From a virus (taxonomy: Duplodnaviria; Caudoviricetes): a stretch of DNA of 56,224 nucleotides. The stretch spans positions 1 through 56,224 of IMG/VR virus record IMGVR_UViG_3300025131_000046; one strand, written 5' to 3'. A program made the position numbers and the translations under genes. Shown here in pieces: positions 8,877 to 19,228 of the stretch. The notes beneath the pieces were generated by a model, which did not search any database, was not told the DNA's origin, and saw only the letters and a list, made by a program, of their open reading frames with translations. Position 1 is the stretch's first letter. Each line of letters starts with the position of its first letter.

Positions 8877-10130
8877 GTGACTGCTCCCAGCGGCCCCATC
8901 CTGTTCAACAACCTGACCGGCAGCGACACGACCGATAGCGGGTTGGGTCCAGCCACCTCCGTTAACGGGGCCGGTGCGAGCACAACAGCAAGCTCGGCGG
9001 TTGTGACTGGCATCGATACGACCGGCGTTAGTGCGGGGGATCTGCTCTATGTGGATTCTACGAGTGGTCGCAAGTTTTCAATCATTGCCAGTGTTGATAG
9101 CGCGACTCAAGCGACGTGTGACGACACGTTCGACAACACCGAAGCAAGCCGCAATTGGGGCATCGGCGGGAAGCGTGCGACGCTCGAATCATCCCAAGCG
9201 ATATTTGACGATCCAAAAGGCGGATGGGTTATCGACATCGAAGAAACCGGCACGGATTACCAATTAACGGGGGCGACAATCACAGCGAGCGGCGACACCA
9301 CGAATGGGTATGTAACCTACAAGTCCTCGTCGGCAACGAAGCCTATCATCAGCCTGGAGAATCCGGGGACTGCTGCCTGGATCCTTGGGATCTCGGCGAA
9401 CGCCGTACGGTTTGAGGGACTGGCATTCTCTCACGAGACGAACAATACCGTTGTCAACGGCCTGGTTGCCGGTGCGACCACCACGATAAGCTTTATGGAT
9501 TGTGATTTTACGCAGGTGAACAGCACGCAAAATGATCACGCATTGTGGTTTAGCGTGAATTCGACAGTCTGTGACGTGCGAGTCCAACGCTGCGTCTTCC
9601 ACGATGTTGGGGGCCTGCGTTTTAACTTTACGCAAGCCATAACCGGGATTTTAGTTGAAAACAATCGGTTCGCAGACATGCGTGTAGGCTACTACAGCAC
9701 CAGTGCAATCTATATTGAAGATGTACGTGGGGCCAAAGTCGTCAATAACATCATAGCTGACGCCTCTGGAAACGGTATAGAAATTGTTGGGAAGTCCGAC
9801 GGGGCTATCATTGAAGGGAATGTCGTTGTCGATTCGGGCGGCGATGGAATCGAGATCGGGTGCCAGGCAACGGTAAAGCGGAACATCCTGCAAGGCAACG
9901 GGGCGTATGGTATTCACAATGCGGATACGCACCACGATGACTATTACGTTGCTGATTGGAACGCATTCCGCAATAACACCTCGGGCGAAACATCGGGCAT
10001 AGCAAGCGGCGACAACGACATCACGCTGACGGCTGACCCGTTCGTTGACGCATCCTCGGACGACTTCAACATCAACGACACTGCCGGGGGCGGCACGGTG
10101 CTGCGTGCTGCAACGGTGACGATGCCATGA
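8877..10130 (+). CDS. right-handed beta-helix (pectin-lyase-like) virion protein
   Basis: Repeated PbH1-like turns (VENNRF, VVNNII, IEGNVV, VKRNIL; GNGIEI/GDGIEI/AYGI) and C-terminal ADPFVD...DFNIN. Confidence 0.75.
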   Translation: MTAPSGPILFNNLTGSDTTDSGLGPATSVNGAGASTTASSAVVTGIDTTGVSAGDLLYVDSTSGRKFSIIASVDSATQATCDDTFDNTEASRNWGIGGKRATLESSQAIFDDPKGGWVIDIEETGTDYQLTGATITASGDTTNGYVTYKSSSATKPIISLENPGTAAWILGISANAVRFEGLAFSHETNNTVVNGLVAGATTTISFMDCDFTQVNSTQNDHALWFSVNSTVCDVRVQRCVFHDVGGLRFNFTQAITGILVENNRFADMRVGYYSTSAIYIEDVRGAKVVNNIIADASGNGIEIVGKSDGAIIEGNVVVDSGGDGIEIGCQATVKRNILQGNGAYGIHNADTHHDDYYVADWNAFRNNTSGETSGIASGDNDITLTADPFVDASSDDFNINDTAGGGTVLRAATVTMP

Positions 10131-10166
10131 CCACGTTCTACGCTTTGCAAAAGGGATGAAACAAAA

Positions 10167-10610
10167 ATGGACCTCGCAGCATTGGCGGCAGAATTGGCTG
10201 TCGGACACCCGGAAACGGGCAGCTATGATGGCAACGACGCGGCGGCAGCGGATCAGATAAACGCAGTCAACCGCACGCAACTGCGGTCGCTGACGATGGC
10301 CGATCTGCGGGAGTGGGCGGCCCAAAATGCACGCGGCCTCAAGGTGTTTCGCGGCATCACGGACGGTGTCAACGATGACGTCAAGAATCTGTGCTATGTC
10401 GCGGACAGGATGCTCGGATCGGACACCACGACACTGCATCCAGGTGACCCGCTACATGCGTCGCTGATCCAGGGCCTCGTGGTAGGCGGCGTCATCGACT
10501 CTGACGACGCGATGGCTCTGGCTGCACAGGCAACTGACACCGTTAGCCGAGCGGATGAGCTTGGGCTGGGTCGCGTTCGCGTGGGTCATGTATCGGAGGC
10601 AAGAGGCTAA
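10167..10610 (+). CDS. hypothetical phage protein
   Basis: 147 aa ending in SRADELGLG.V..GHV..AR; stop overlaps the next start. Confidence 0.75.
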   Translation: MDLAALAAELAVGHPETGSYDGNDAAAADQINAVNRTQLRSLTMADLREWAAQNARGLKVFRGITDGVNDDVKNLCYVADRMLGSDTTTLHPGDPLHASLIQGLVVGGVIDSDDAMALAAQATDTVSRADELGLGRVRVGHVSEARG

Positions 10611-11194
10611 TGGCACTTCCTGATTCGTTGAAATTCGTTGATGGCACAAGTTTCATTTTCGCTTACGACACGGACTGGCCAGCATCCCCGACGCAGGGCT
10701 GGTCGGCGACGGTCGATGCGGAGATCGATATGGGCTCTCTTGCGGATGCTGCCGGAAGGCAGAGCGCGAAGTGTGACCTGACTGCCAATCGGGATATGGA
10801 ATATAAAGTCGAACTGTCGGTGGAAACGGATGCGGATCCAGAGTCTGGGTCATCTGTTGACGTCTATTGTGGGTACTCCGACAGTGCGACAGCGGGTACG
10901 GGAAACCCTGCACAACTCTCAGGGACCGACGCGGCGTACACAGGCGGCACGGCTGGAACGCTTGCCGAGGGACTGTTGCAATTGGAGTACGTTGGGTCGC
11001 TGACTCTTCAGGTTACGAGCGACGGAGACGGCGAGCCGCAAGTGGGTGTGATCGGTCGAATTCGTCCGCATGCTCGCTACATGATGATCGTCGTCGTGAA
11101 CAACTCAGGGGATACATTAGGTTCGGGCGGGACTGGCCTAGCCGATGAACTCGCTGTTCGCGTTACCGGAATCACTCACCAGATCCAGGACTGA
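10610..11194 (+). CDS. putative virion protein
   Basis: 194-aa beta-rich ORF, translationally coupled. Confidence 0.7.
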   Translation: MALPDSLKFVDGTSFIFAYDTDWPASPTQGWSATVDAEIDMGSLADAAGRQSAKCDLTANRDMEYKVELSVETDADPESGSSVDVYCGYSDSATAGTGNPAQLSGTDAAYTGGTAGTLAEGLLQLEYVGSLTLQVTSDGDGEPQVGVIGRIRPHARYMMIVVVNNSGDTLGSGGTGLADELAVRVTGITHQIQD

Positions 11195-11196
11195 CC

Positions 11197-12108
11197 GTGT
11201 CTCTGACTCTGTCACAACTCGCACGACCCTCGTACGCTGGCGGCTACGCCCGCAGTGCAGGGGAGAGTGCGTATCCGGATGACTGGAAGAGCCTACAGGG
11301 ACTGTGGGTGCCGAGTCTTGGGGCAACCGGACAGACACTTCGGGACGTAAGCGGTGAGAAAAACCATGGCACGCTCAACAGTGCGACGTGGGTGGCAGGT
11401 GGACTGAACTTCGACGCCATCGACGACTATGTGAGTCTACCCGCATCGATTTCTACAGGTCTCACGAAATGGACGATGCTGCTGTGGATTTGGTCCGACG
11501 CGACGACGCTGCGGTTCTCTCCGTTTGGCGACGACCTGTCAAGTCTCAGTTGTTGCCCGACAGTTCGATACGACAGTTCGGGGCGGTACGAATTCTACGC
11601 GGGAGATGGGGCGGCGTTCTATGTGTCGGCTCGCACGTCATCGGTTGCCGGAGCCACGGGTCGATGGCAGCAAGTCGCGTTCGTGTACGATGGCTCGGCT
11701 GTTGCGAGTATCTATCTGGACGGCAAAAAAGACCAAGACACGGCGGTGACCGGAGGGGCAGCGAACTCTGCCGGTACTGACGTGCGGCTTGGGGGCGGAG
11801 CAAATACCAGCACTAAATCTTGGGGCGGCACGTACGGTAGTGCAAGACTCTACAGTCGGGCACTCACGGATGTCGAGATCGCTAACGATTGGGCCAACCC
11901 GCTCCGCATGCTTCGCCCGGTTCGGCACATGCCGTACGCGACAGGCGAAGCACCACCGGCTGGCACAACACTCTATGTATTTCACGGCCTGATTGCCGCC
12001 AGCGAGACCGGGGATACGGTGCTGTCGGTGTTTGCTCCGTGGTGGGATGCGGATGAGGATGCGGCTGGCACAATTCTCCCGCAAATGATGCACCATCTTT
12101 CAGGATGA
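11197..12108 (+). CDS. LamG/concanavalin-A-like domain virion protein
   Basis: L.DVSG..NHGTL, GLNFDAIDDYV, WQQVAFVYDG...IYLDG, RLYSRALT..EI motifs. Confidence 0.85.
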   Translation: MSLTLSQLARPSYAGGYARSAGESAYPDDWKSLQGLWVPSLGATGQTLRDVSGEKNHGTLNSATWVAGGLNFDAIDDYVSLPASISTGLTKWTMLLWIWSDATTLRFSPFGDDLSSLSCCPTVRYDSSGRYEFYAGDGAAFYVSARTSSVAGATGRWQQVAFVYDGSAVASIYLDGKKDQDTAVTGGAANSAGTDVRLGGGANTSTKSWGGTYGSARLYSRALTDVEIANDWANPLRMLRPVRHMPYATGEAPPAGTTLYVFHGLIAASETGDTVLSVFAPWWDADEDAAGTILPQMMHHLSG

Positions 12109-12116
12109 TGTGATAT

Positions 12117-13322
12117 ATGGCAGCACTACTCGACATCGTCAAAAAAGGCTCGACAGATCGATCGGTGACGATCCGAATTATCGATAGCTCGGACGGTACG
12201 CCCGAAACGGCGGTTGTTTGGAATACGTCGGGGATTGACCTCTGGTATCGACGAGAAGGATCTGCGGTTGTCAGTATCACCGAGGCCACGTTGTCGGCAC
12301 TGACCGACGCACACTCAGACGGCGGCTTCTTGCATGTGTCGCACGGCGAATACCGCTTCGACATTCCAGACGCAGCATTTGCGACGGGAGAGAATCATGT
12401 TGACATCGGCGGCACAGTGACAGACATGGTCGTAATCGGCGGGCGGGTGCGTCTGGTCGATTACGATCCCGAAGACGCGGTCCGCCTGGGACAGACGGCG
12501 TTGCCGAACGCAGCCGCAGACGCGGCGGGTGGGTTGCCGATCAGCGATGCGGGCGGGCTAGATTTGGATACAATTTCAACCGACATCGCAACCGCCAAGA
12601 CGCAGATCGGCACGGCGGGTGATGGCCTCACTGACTTGGGCGGCATGTCGACCGGCATGAAAGCAGAAGTGCAGGCAGAAGCCGACGCATCACTAGCATC
12701 TTACGACGGGCCAACGAACAGCGAACTAGAGGCCCGCACGATTGCGGCGGCGTCTTACTTCGACCCCGCTGCCGATATTGTGGCGAACGTCACGACAGTT
12801 GCGACGACAACGACGAACAGCGACATGCGGGGCACGGATTCGGCAGCAACGGCAACAGCACTGGCAACCGCACAGACGGATCTAGACACGCTAACGGGAT
12901 CGGACGGGGCAACGCTGGCGACGACACAGGGCAACTATGCACCGCTTAAGCCGACAACGGCGGGCAGGACGCTTGACGTTACCTCGGGTGGGGCAGCGGG
13001 CATTGATTGGAGCAACATCGAAAACCCGACGACGTCTGTTGACCTGAGCGGAACCGATATCCAACTGTGCGACACGGTGACAACGAACACCGACGCAATT
13101 ACGGTAGCAGGCATCCTGACGACGCAGATCACGGAAGCGTACGCAGCAGACGGGGCATCGCCTACAGTGGCACAAGCGTTGTGCATGATCCAGCAGCTAT
13201 TGGGCGAATTCGCAATCAGCGGAACAACGCTCACGGTGAAGAAGATCGACGGAAGCACAACAGCGGGCACGTTCACGCTGGACGACGGAACGAGTCCAAC
13301 ATCGATCACGAGGGCAACGTAA
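12117..13322 (+). CDS. Ala/Thr-rich virion fibre-like protein
   Basis: 401 aa of low-complexity A/T/G/D composition; N-terminal G.YRFDIPDAAFATG motif. Confidence 0.7.
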   Translation: MAALLDIVKKGSTDRSVTIRIIDSSDGTPETAVVWNTSGIDLWYRREGSAVVSITEATLSALTDAHSDGGFLHVSHGEYRFDIPDAAFATGENHVDIGGTVTDMVVIGGRVRLVDYDPEDAVRLGQTALPNAAADAAGGLPISDAGGLDLDTISTDIATAKTQIGTAGDGLTDLGGMSTGMKAEVQAEADASLASYDGPTNSELEARTIAAASYFDPAADIVANVTTVATTTTNSDMRGTDSAATATALATAQTDLDTLTGSDGATLATTQGNYAPLKPTTAGRTLDVTSGGAAGIDWSNIENPTTSVDLSGTDIQLCDTVTTNTDAITVAGILTTQITEAYAADGASPTVAQALCMIQQLLGEFAISGTTLTVKKIDGSTTAGTFTLDDGTSPTSITRAT

Positions 13323-13567
13323 TGGCGATTCGCACTGTCGTCACTCGGGGATTCGGGAACGGGACGTTCAGCGGGACGATCTCATTGGTTGTAGCACGCG
13401 GATATGCGACTGGTGCAGCTATTATATCCCGTACAAAAATGCCTCGGTTACAACAGGCTACTACAAGAATCATTGGTTTAGACACATCCGCAACATCTGT
13501 TATTGGTATGAATACTCTCACAACATCTGTTATTGGTATGAATACTCTGGAACATCAGGAACGATAA
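13322..13567 (+). CDS. small hypothetical protein with internal 10-aa duplication
   Basis: ATG overlaps the upstream TAA; MAIRTVVTRGFGNG...; TSVIGMNTL occurs twice. Confidence 0.6.
   Translation: MAIRTVVTRGFGNGTFSGTISLVVARGYATGAAIISRTKMPRLQQATTRIIGLDTSATSVIGMNTLTTSVIGMNTLEHQER
13491..13548 (+). repeat. 28-bp tandem duplication (period 30)
   Basis: CAACATCTGTTATTGGTATGAATACTCT at 13491 and 13521. Confidence 0.9.
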
Positions 13568-13568
13568 G

Positions 13569-13934
13569 ATGGCACGAGCAACTACATTCTACGGTGAAAT
13601 CTTTGAAGACGGGACTGCTCGTGTCCATGGTCTATTAACCGATGGTGATCTAGATAACACCCCTCTGTTAACCACTGACTTTGGATCAATGGATTACTGG
13701 GTAATCGATTTAGCTACCGACACTACAGTTGTTACTGAAACATCTATAACTGTGGCTAATGTATTGAGTAATACCCTCAATAGCCACGGTAATAACTTTG
13801 ATTTTACTATTCCTAGTACATCATTTGCGGCTGGCACCAGAAAATTTGAACTGCATATCCGTTTTACACTGGGTTCAGGAGACATTGGTCAAGCTTTGAT
13901 TATTCTGGACGCAACTAAAATAACGGCTGCATAA
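13569..13934 (+). CDS. hypothetical (Ig-like) virion protein
   Basis: 121-aa beta-rich ORF, coupled to the HNH gene. Confidence 0.65.
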   Translation: MARATTFYGEIFEDGTARVHGLLTDGDLDNTPLLTTDFGSMDYWVIDLATDTTVVTETSITVANVLSNTLNSHGNNFDFTIPSTSFAAGTRKFELHIRFTLGSGDIGQALIILDATKITAA

Positions 13935-14425
13935 TGCCTAATACGCCCAAGCGGTATTCTCCGTCAAACATGGAAAAACCAACTCGAAAGCCTTGGCAGG
14001 ACAACCATGCTAAGGGTTCTCGACATGAACGTGGGTATGATTATGCTTGGGTTAAATTACGTAACGCATACATAAAGAAGAACCCTCTGTGTGAACCATG
14101 TCAACGATCTGATCATGTCACGCCTGCTACACAGGTAGACCACATTGTTTCCTTCAGAGAAAAACAAGACATACTAAGATTACATCCTTGTAATCTTCAA
14201 TCTATTTGTGACGTGTGTCACACAATAAAAACATCTAATCCTTTTAGGCATTACCAACTAGCCATACCAGAATTTGGTGTAACTAGTTTTCAGCTTTCTC
14301 AGATTCAACAGATTGTAAAGTGTGATCCCTTGATTCGTCGGTATAAATCTAGGGATGTTCGTGACTTGTTAGAGTGGGCAACTCAAATAGCAGGTAGTTT
14401 TGTACTTATACCCGTTGAGAGATAA
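13934..14425 (+). CDS. HNH endonuclease (HK97 gp74-like terminase cofactor)
   Basis: RGYD..W.KLR, PLCEPC, VDHI, NLQSICDVCH motifs; directly upstream of terS. Confidence 0.9.
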   Translation: MPNTPKRYSPSNMEKPTRKPWQDNHAKGSRHERGYDYAWVKLRNAYIKKNPLCEPCQRSDHVTPATQVDHIVSFREKQDILRLHPCNLQSICDVCHTIKTSNPFRHYQLAIPEFGVTSFQLSQIQQIVKCDPLIRRYKSRDVRDLLEWATQIAGSFVLIPVER

Positions 14426-14427
14426 AG

Positions 14428-14913
14428 ATGAAAAAGAATGATGGCTCAAATACTGTAACATCAAACAGAGCTAAACTTGGTGGTTACTACGACAACAAGA
14501 AGCATGATACCGTAGATATTCCTTGTAAGATGCCTTCGATGCCAAAAGGCTTATCGCCTAAGTCTAAAGCAGCTTGGAGAGAAGTATCTGTAGTCTTGGA
14601 AGAGTATAATATTGTTTCTCTGCTCGATGGTGTAGCTTTGAGACTGCTGTGTGATTCAATTGCTCTCTACTTGAAAGCTGAAGAAAGCATTGCGGATAAA
14701 GGCTTGATGATTACCTCAATGTCTACTAAGGGAGATATTACAGAGAAATCAAATCCGGCTATTCGGATTCGAGATAATGCTTGGCAACAAATCTTTACGA
14801 TGAGTAGACAGTTTGGGATGACACCACTAAGTCGTAAGCGTAACTACTCACAAGAGAATACCGAGAACAAGTCTCCGATGGATATGTTGATGAGGACTCT
14901 TAACCTGAATTGA
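14428..14913 (+). CDS. terminase small subunit (P27 family)
   Basis: P..P..LS...AAW, NPAI.IRD.A, FGMTPLSR motifs. Confidence 0.9.
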   Translation: MKKNDGSNTVTSNRAKLGGYYDNKKHDTVDIPCKMPSMPKGLSPKSKAAWREVSVVLEEYNIVSLLDGVALRLLCDSIALYLKAEESIADKGLMITSMSTKGDITEKSNPAIRIRDNAWQQIFTMSRQFGMTPLSRKRNYSQENTENKSPMDMLMRTLNLN

Positions 14914-14920
14914 GCAGGCA

Positions 14921-16675
14921 ATGGTAAGAAAACGTAAAGTACCGTCTGCGATTGATAAACGACTTAAAGCTCTTGACAAGTTACTCAAAGCAGACCGACC
15001 TAAAGGCCAACTTGAAACAAATCAGATACATCGTTGTATGGATGATCTGAAGAACTGTAAAAACAAGGGGTTTGCTTGGGACGAAGATCAGGTAGAGAGA
15101 ACCCTACATCTCTTTACCTTGATGAAGCATTGGAAAGGAAAGTTCGCAAACCAGAAACTAACACTTGCTGATTGGCAGGAGCATTGTATTATTGCTCCGC
15201 TGTTTGGTTGGTATCTAGAAAAAACACGCAGTAAAGGTGGGTATCGCAGATTCCGTACTGCCGGAATTGAGATGCCTAGAAAGAATGGTAAAACTACTTT
15301 AGCTGCTGGTATAGGTCTTCAAGGATTGACAGCAGATGGGGAGCATGGAGCAGAGGTTTATTCAGCAGCTACAAAAAAAGATCAGGCTAACATTGCATTC
15401 AAGGATGCCAAGGGTTTGCTTGGTCCTGAATTAAAGCAGCTTTGCAAGGTCCATAGACATGCAATATCTTTCCTGCCCCTGGCCGGTACTTTTCAATCTT
15501 TATCTTCTGATAGTAATTCGTTGGATGGTCTTAACATCCATCGTTGCATTGTTGATGAACTGCATGCTCATAAGACCCGCGATTTATGGGATGTTCTGTT
15601 AACGGCTACTGGTGCTAGAGATCATCCTTTGATTCTCTGGATTTCTACCGCTGGTTATAACCGCCAATCAATCTGGTATGAACAAAGAGAGTATTGTTGT
15701 AGGATTCTTGACCCAAATGACACATTAACTAATGAATCATATTTTGTTTACATGACAGGTATTGATGATGGGGATGATTGGCTTGATCCTAAAATCTGGT
15801 GGAAGGCCAACCCCAACATGAATATCTCTCTCAATGAAGATTACTTAGTTAATGAGTTTACCAAAGCAGAAGACTCTCCTCAGTATGAGAACAAGGTTCG
15901 TAGGCTACATCTGAATCAGGTTACGGAGCAGGCTGTTAGAGCTATTGTGATGCGTAATTGGGATCGGTGTAATGAAGCTGCTCCTGATACAATCTCAGAT
16001 ACAGAAACTCTTAGGCTGTTTGAGGAACGGCTGAAAGGACAGCCATGCTGGGGTGCGATTGACTTAGCATCTACGAGAGACCTTTGTGCTTGGGCAAGAG
16101 TCTGGAGGCTAGATGGTAAGTTTTATACTCGTGTGCGTTACTATGCTCCTGAAGAAGCATCTAACGTTAGACAAGCCTATGATTTGCAAAGCTATAATAC
16201 TTGGGCACAAAAAGGATTGATTACACTGACTCCTGGGTCAGCTACAGATTACGACAGAATTCTCAGAGATATTGAGAACGACCATCAATTCTCTCCTGTT
16301 TTAACTATTGCTCTAGACCCACATAATTCATCTCAGTTTGCTCAGTCTCTGTTGAAGCTCGGATGGATGGAAGATGATGTTGTGAATTTTCCGCAGTGGG
16401 CAAGATACTATCATGAGCCGTGGACACGATTGGTTGAACTGGTTAACTCTCAGCACCTCCAGCATGGGGGAGATGAAGTTTTAAGATGGATGGCAGCAAA
16501 TACTGTTGCAAAGGAAGACTCAAACGGTTATGTTAAACCCGATAAACAAGCAGGCCAAGATAAAATTGATGGTATAGTTGCTCTAACAATGGCCTTAGCG
16601 ATGTCTCTTAATCAAGATGATGTCTTTGTACCGTTAGGTCGATTCTATGAAGAAAATGATATTGAAGTATTTTAG
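14921..16675 (+). CDS. terL: terminase large subunit
   Basis: L..WQ, PRKNGKTT Walker A, IVDELH Walker B, ISTAG, IDLAST.DL, KIDG nuclease motifs. Confidence 0.97.
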   Translation: MVRKRKVPSAIDKRLKALDKLLKADRPKGQLETNQIHRCMDDLKNCKNKGFAWDEDQVERTLHLFTLMKHWKGKFANQKLTLADWQEHCIIAPLFGWYLEKTRSKGGYRRFRTAGIEMPRKNGKTTLAAGIGLQGLTADGEHGAEVYSAATKKDQANIAFKDAKGLLGPELKQLCKVHRHAISFLPLAGTFQSLSSDSNSLDGLNIHRCIVDELHAHKTRDLWDVLLTATGARDHPLILWISTAGYNRQSIWYEQREYCCRILDPNDTLTNESYFVYMTGIDDGDDWLDPKIWWKANPNMNISLNEDYLVNEFTKAEDSPQYENKVRRLHLNQVTEQAVRAIVMRNWDRCNEAAPDTISDTETLRLFEERLKGQPCWGAIDLASTRDLCAWARVWRLDGKFYTRVRYYAPEEASNVRQAYDLQSYNTWAQKGLITLTPGSATDYDRILRDIENDHQFSPVLTIALDPHNSSQFAQSLLKLGWMEDDVVNFPQWARYYHEPWTRLVELVNSQHLQHGGDEVLRWMAANTVAKEDSNGYVKPDKQAGQDKIDGIVALTMALAMSLNQDDVFVPLGRFYEENDIEVF

Positions 16676-16844
16676 TGAATTCATAACAACTGTTGGGTAT
16701 GTAGTTTTCTGTGCGGGACTTTATCGAATTCATTTGCCCACCATGTTACTTTTTGTTGGTGCTTCATTAACAGTATTCGGTATACATCTGGAACTAAAAA
16801 ATGTTCGCAAACGCAATAGCATCAGTGGTCAACGCAAGTCTTGA
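16647..16844 (+). CDS. small membrane protein between terL and portal
   Basis: Two hydrophobic segments; common position in HK97-like phages. Confidence 0.6.
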   Translation: MKKMILKYFSEFITTVGYVVFCAGLYRIHLPTMLLFVGASLTVFGIHLELKNVRKRNSISGQRKS

Positions 16845-18375
16845 AAATCCAGCAATGTCGTTGACTGACCCCTCAACATGGGATGACATCTTTTCTGGGT
16901 CTGAAGCTGCTTCTGGCGAACGCATCACCCACACATCCTCTTTAAAATCTGCCCCAGTATGGCAAGGTGTGTCTGTTATCAGCGGTGATTTAGCATCTAT
17001 TCCTATTCATATTCGTAGAATAGAGACTGAGGGTGCAAATAAAGGTGATGCTGAGATTGATACTACACATGCTGTAGAGTATCTGATTTCTGTTCAGCCT
17101 AATGACGAGATGTCTGCGGTTGATCTCTGGCGTCGACTCTTTGTCCATGCTCTGTTGTGGAATAACGGCTATTTGTTTATCGAACGTAAAGGTCGTGCTG
17201 CATCAGGTAAGATTCTAAGCTTGGCAAACCTGCTGCCCGACAGAACCTATTCCACCAGAGATGAACATGGTAATCTGTTTTATGTAACAGAAATAGATGG
17301 TCGTCTTGAGCCTCTACTGCCTCATGAAGTGTACCACCTTAAAGGTATCTCTATAGATACATCTGGTGGGCTTGATATGGTAGAGAATGCACGAGATGCT
17401 ATTGGTCTTGCATTAGCTGCTCAGAACTTTGGATCACGATTCTTTGCTAATGGTGCTCAAGCAGGTGGTGTGCTGGAAGTTCCGGCAGACTTCTCAGCTA
17501 AGGCTACACATAACTTGGAAGTAAAATTTGGTAAGCAGTATTCTGGCAGAAACAATTGGTTCAAAACTATTGTGCTACGAGACGGAGCCAAGTTTCATCA
17601 AACCATGCTGGACGCTGAAAAGAGTCAGATGCATGAATTAAGAGAAGATCAAATTAGGGAGATTGCAAGATACTTCAATCTTCCACCTTTCAAGCTTGGT
17701 GCTAAAGAGACAGTTCAGTACAAATCTGTTGAGGATCAACAGCTTGTTTATCATACTGGTACTCTTACTCACTGGTTATCTGCAATTAAAGGTGAGGCCA
17801 CAATCAAGTTCTTGACAAGTCCACAAAAGAAGCGTAGAACACATGGGGTGTGGCATGATGTAAAGACTTTGATTTCTTTGGATGCTAAGACTCAAAACAC
17901 TCTACTTGATACTCAACGTAAAAGTCTTGTAATTACTGGTAACGAGTGGCGTAGAGAGATTGGCAGAAATCGATCTTCTGATCCCTTGGCTGATAAGCTT
18001 ATCAATCCTAATACGCTGTCAAACGATGAGTCTAAACCAGACGATAAAGACGTTCCTGATGACACCAGTGAAGACACAGACGGCACTACTCCTGATCAGG
18101 ATGCTCAGAATATCCGAGAATTGATTATTCAAGATGCTGAATATGCTGCGAATGCTGGTCATGCTGAGTATGGTGGTTGGGTTGATGAACCCTTCTCTCA
18201 GTACTTGATGTTTGAAGATGTTGATTTATCTAGGTACAATCTTCTTAGCGTATATGTAGAAACACTGCATGACCTGTTTCGATCTACACTTGATGCTCCA
18301 TTAGATAGCTTGCTTAGTACAGTAGCGGAAGCTTGCTTAAACGCTCGTAAAATTCCTACCGGATTTGAAGAATAA
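16801..18375 (+). CDS. HK97-family portal protein
   Basis: ALLWNNGY, EVYHLKG, FFANGAQAGGVL, IARYFNLPP..LG, T.NE.R motifs. Confidence 0.95.
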   Translation: MFANAIASVVNASLENPAMSLTDPSTWDDIFSGSEAASGERITHTSSLKSAPVWQGVSVISGDLASIPIHIRRIETEGANKGDAEIDTTHAVEYLISVQPNDEMSAVDLWRRLFVHALLWNNGYLFIERKGRAASGKILSLANLLPDRTYSTRDEHGNLFYVTEIDGRLEPLLPHEVYHLKGISIDTSGGLDMVENARDAIGLALAAQNFGSRFFANGAQAGGVLEVPADFSAKATHNLEVKFGKQYSGRNNWFKTIVLRDGAKFHQTMLDAEKSQMHELREDQIREIARYFNLPPFKLGAKETVQYKSVEDQQLVYHTGTLTHWLSAIKGEATIKFLTSPQKKRRTHGVWHDVKTLISLDAKTQNTLLDTQRKSLVITGNEWRREIGRNRSSDPLADKLINPNTLSNDESKPDDKDVPDDTSEDTDGTTPDQDAQNIRELIIQDAEYAANAGHAEYGGWVDEPFSQYLMFEDVDLSRYNLLSVYVETLHDLFRSTLDAPLDSLLSTVAEACLNARKIPTGFEE

Positions 18376-18403
18376 CCAAGCTTCCGCTTATAAGGATGTA
18401 ACT

Positions 18404-19165
18404 ATGCCTAAGAAACGACTTTTTAACATTAAGCCTCTGAGTAATGATGTCATTGATAAGGCCGCTTCCCAACAAACCTTTTATCAGGTGTCTCTGTCTA
18501 AAAATAAGGAGACGGAACAAGAAATTGTTGACTTGGTAATCTTTGAACAAATTGGTCATGATCCTTGGACTGGAGAAGGTGTTGGGGCTAAAGATGTTGC
18601 TGCTTTCCTTTCTGAGAATAAAGGTAAAGAAGTAAACGTTCGTATCAATAGTCCTGGTGGCCTGGCCTTTGATGGGATTACTATTCATAACTCGCTTATT
18701 CAACATAGTGGTAACGTGAATGTCACTGTTGAAGGTATTGCTGCTTCAGCCGCTGCTATTATCATGTTAGCTGGTGACAACGTTAGAATGTTTGACAACG
18801 CATCCACCATGTTTCATAGGGCTATGGGCTGGGCCTTTGGGAACAGGGATGAGATGGATGCAATGATTGAAATCCTTGACTCACTTGATGAGCAGATTGC
18901 ACTTACTCTTTCCCAGAGATCGACTCTGGATAAGGAAGAGGCTATGAGTCTTCTAGTTGGTAAGCACGATGGAACTACGTTAACAGCAGAAGAAGCACTA
19001 GAAGTAGGTATCATTGATAGTGTAATTACCCGGCCTAAAAAGCAGAAAAAGCAAGAAGCTGAAGATCGCTCTAAGTCGAGTATTAGTAATATGATGAAGC
19101 GTGAATGTAGCATGAGACTTAGAAGTCTCGAATTAGATAATGACAGCATTCGGTTTGACAGCTAA
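18404..19165 (+). CDS. ClpP-type prohead protease
   Basis: VRINSPGG, EGIAASAA (catalytic Ser), MFH, LTAEEALEVGIID. Confidence 0.93.
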   Translation: MPKKRLFNIKPLSNDVIDKAASQQTFYQVSLSKNKETEQEIVDLVIFEQIGHDPWTGEGVGAKDVAAFLSENKGKEVNVRINSPGGLAFDGITIHNSLIQHSGNVNVTVEGIAASAAAIIMLAGDNVRMFDNASTMFHRAMGWAFGNRDEMDAMIEILDSLDEQIALTLSQRSTLDKEEAMSLLVGKHDGTTLTAEEALEVGIIDSVITRPKKQKKQEAEDRSKSSISNMMKRECSMRLRSLELDNDSIRFDS

Positions 19166-19183
19166 GAAAACCCGTGCTATATT
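19155..19183 (+). promoter_or_regulatory. sigma70-type promoter for the capsid gene
   Basis: TTGACA-17 nt-TATATT with TGn extended -10. Confidence 0.7.
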
Positions 19184-19228
19184 GTTGACTTCGATGATTA
19201 CAAACTTCATCCTTTTAGGAAATATGCT

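Noticed and set aside
8435-13309. Numerous minus-strand ORFs in the GC-rich cassette
   Set aside because: Shadow ORFs opposite tightly coupled plus-strand genes
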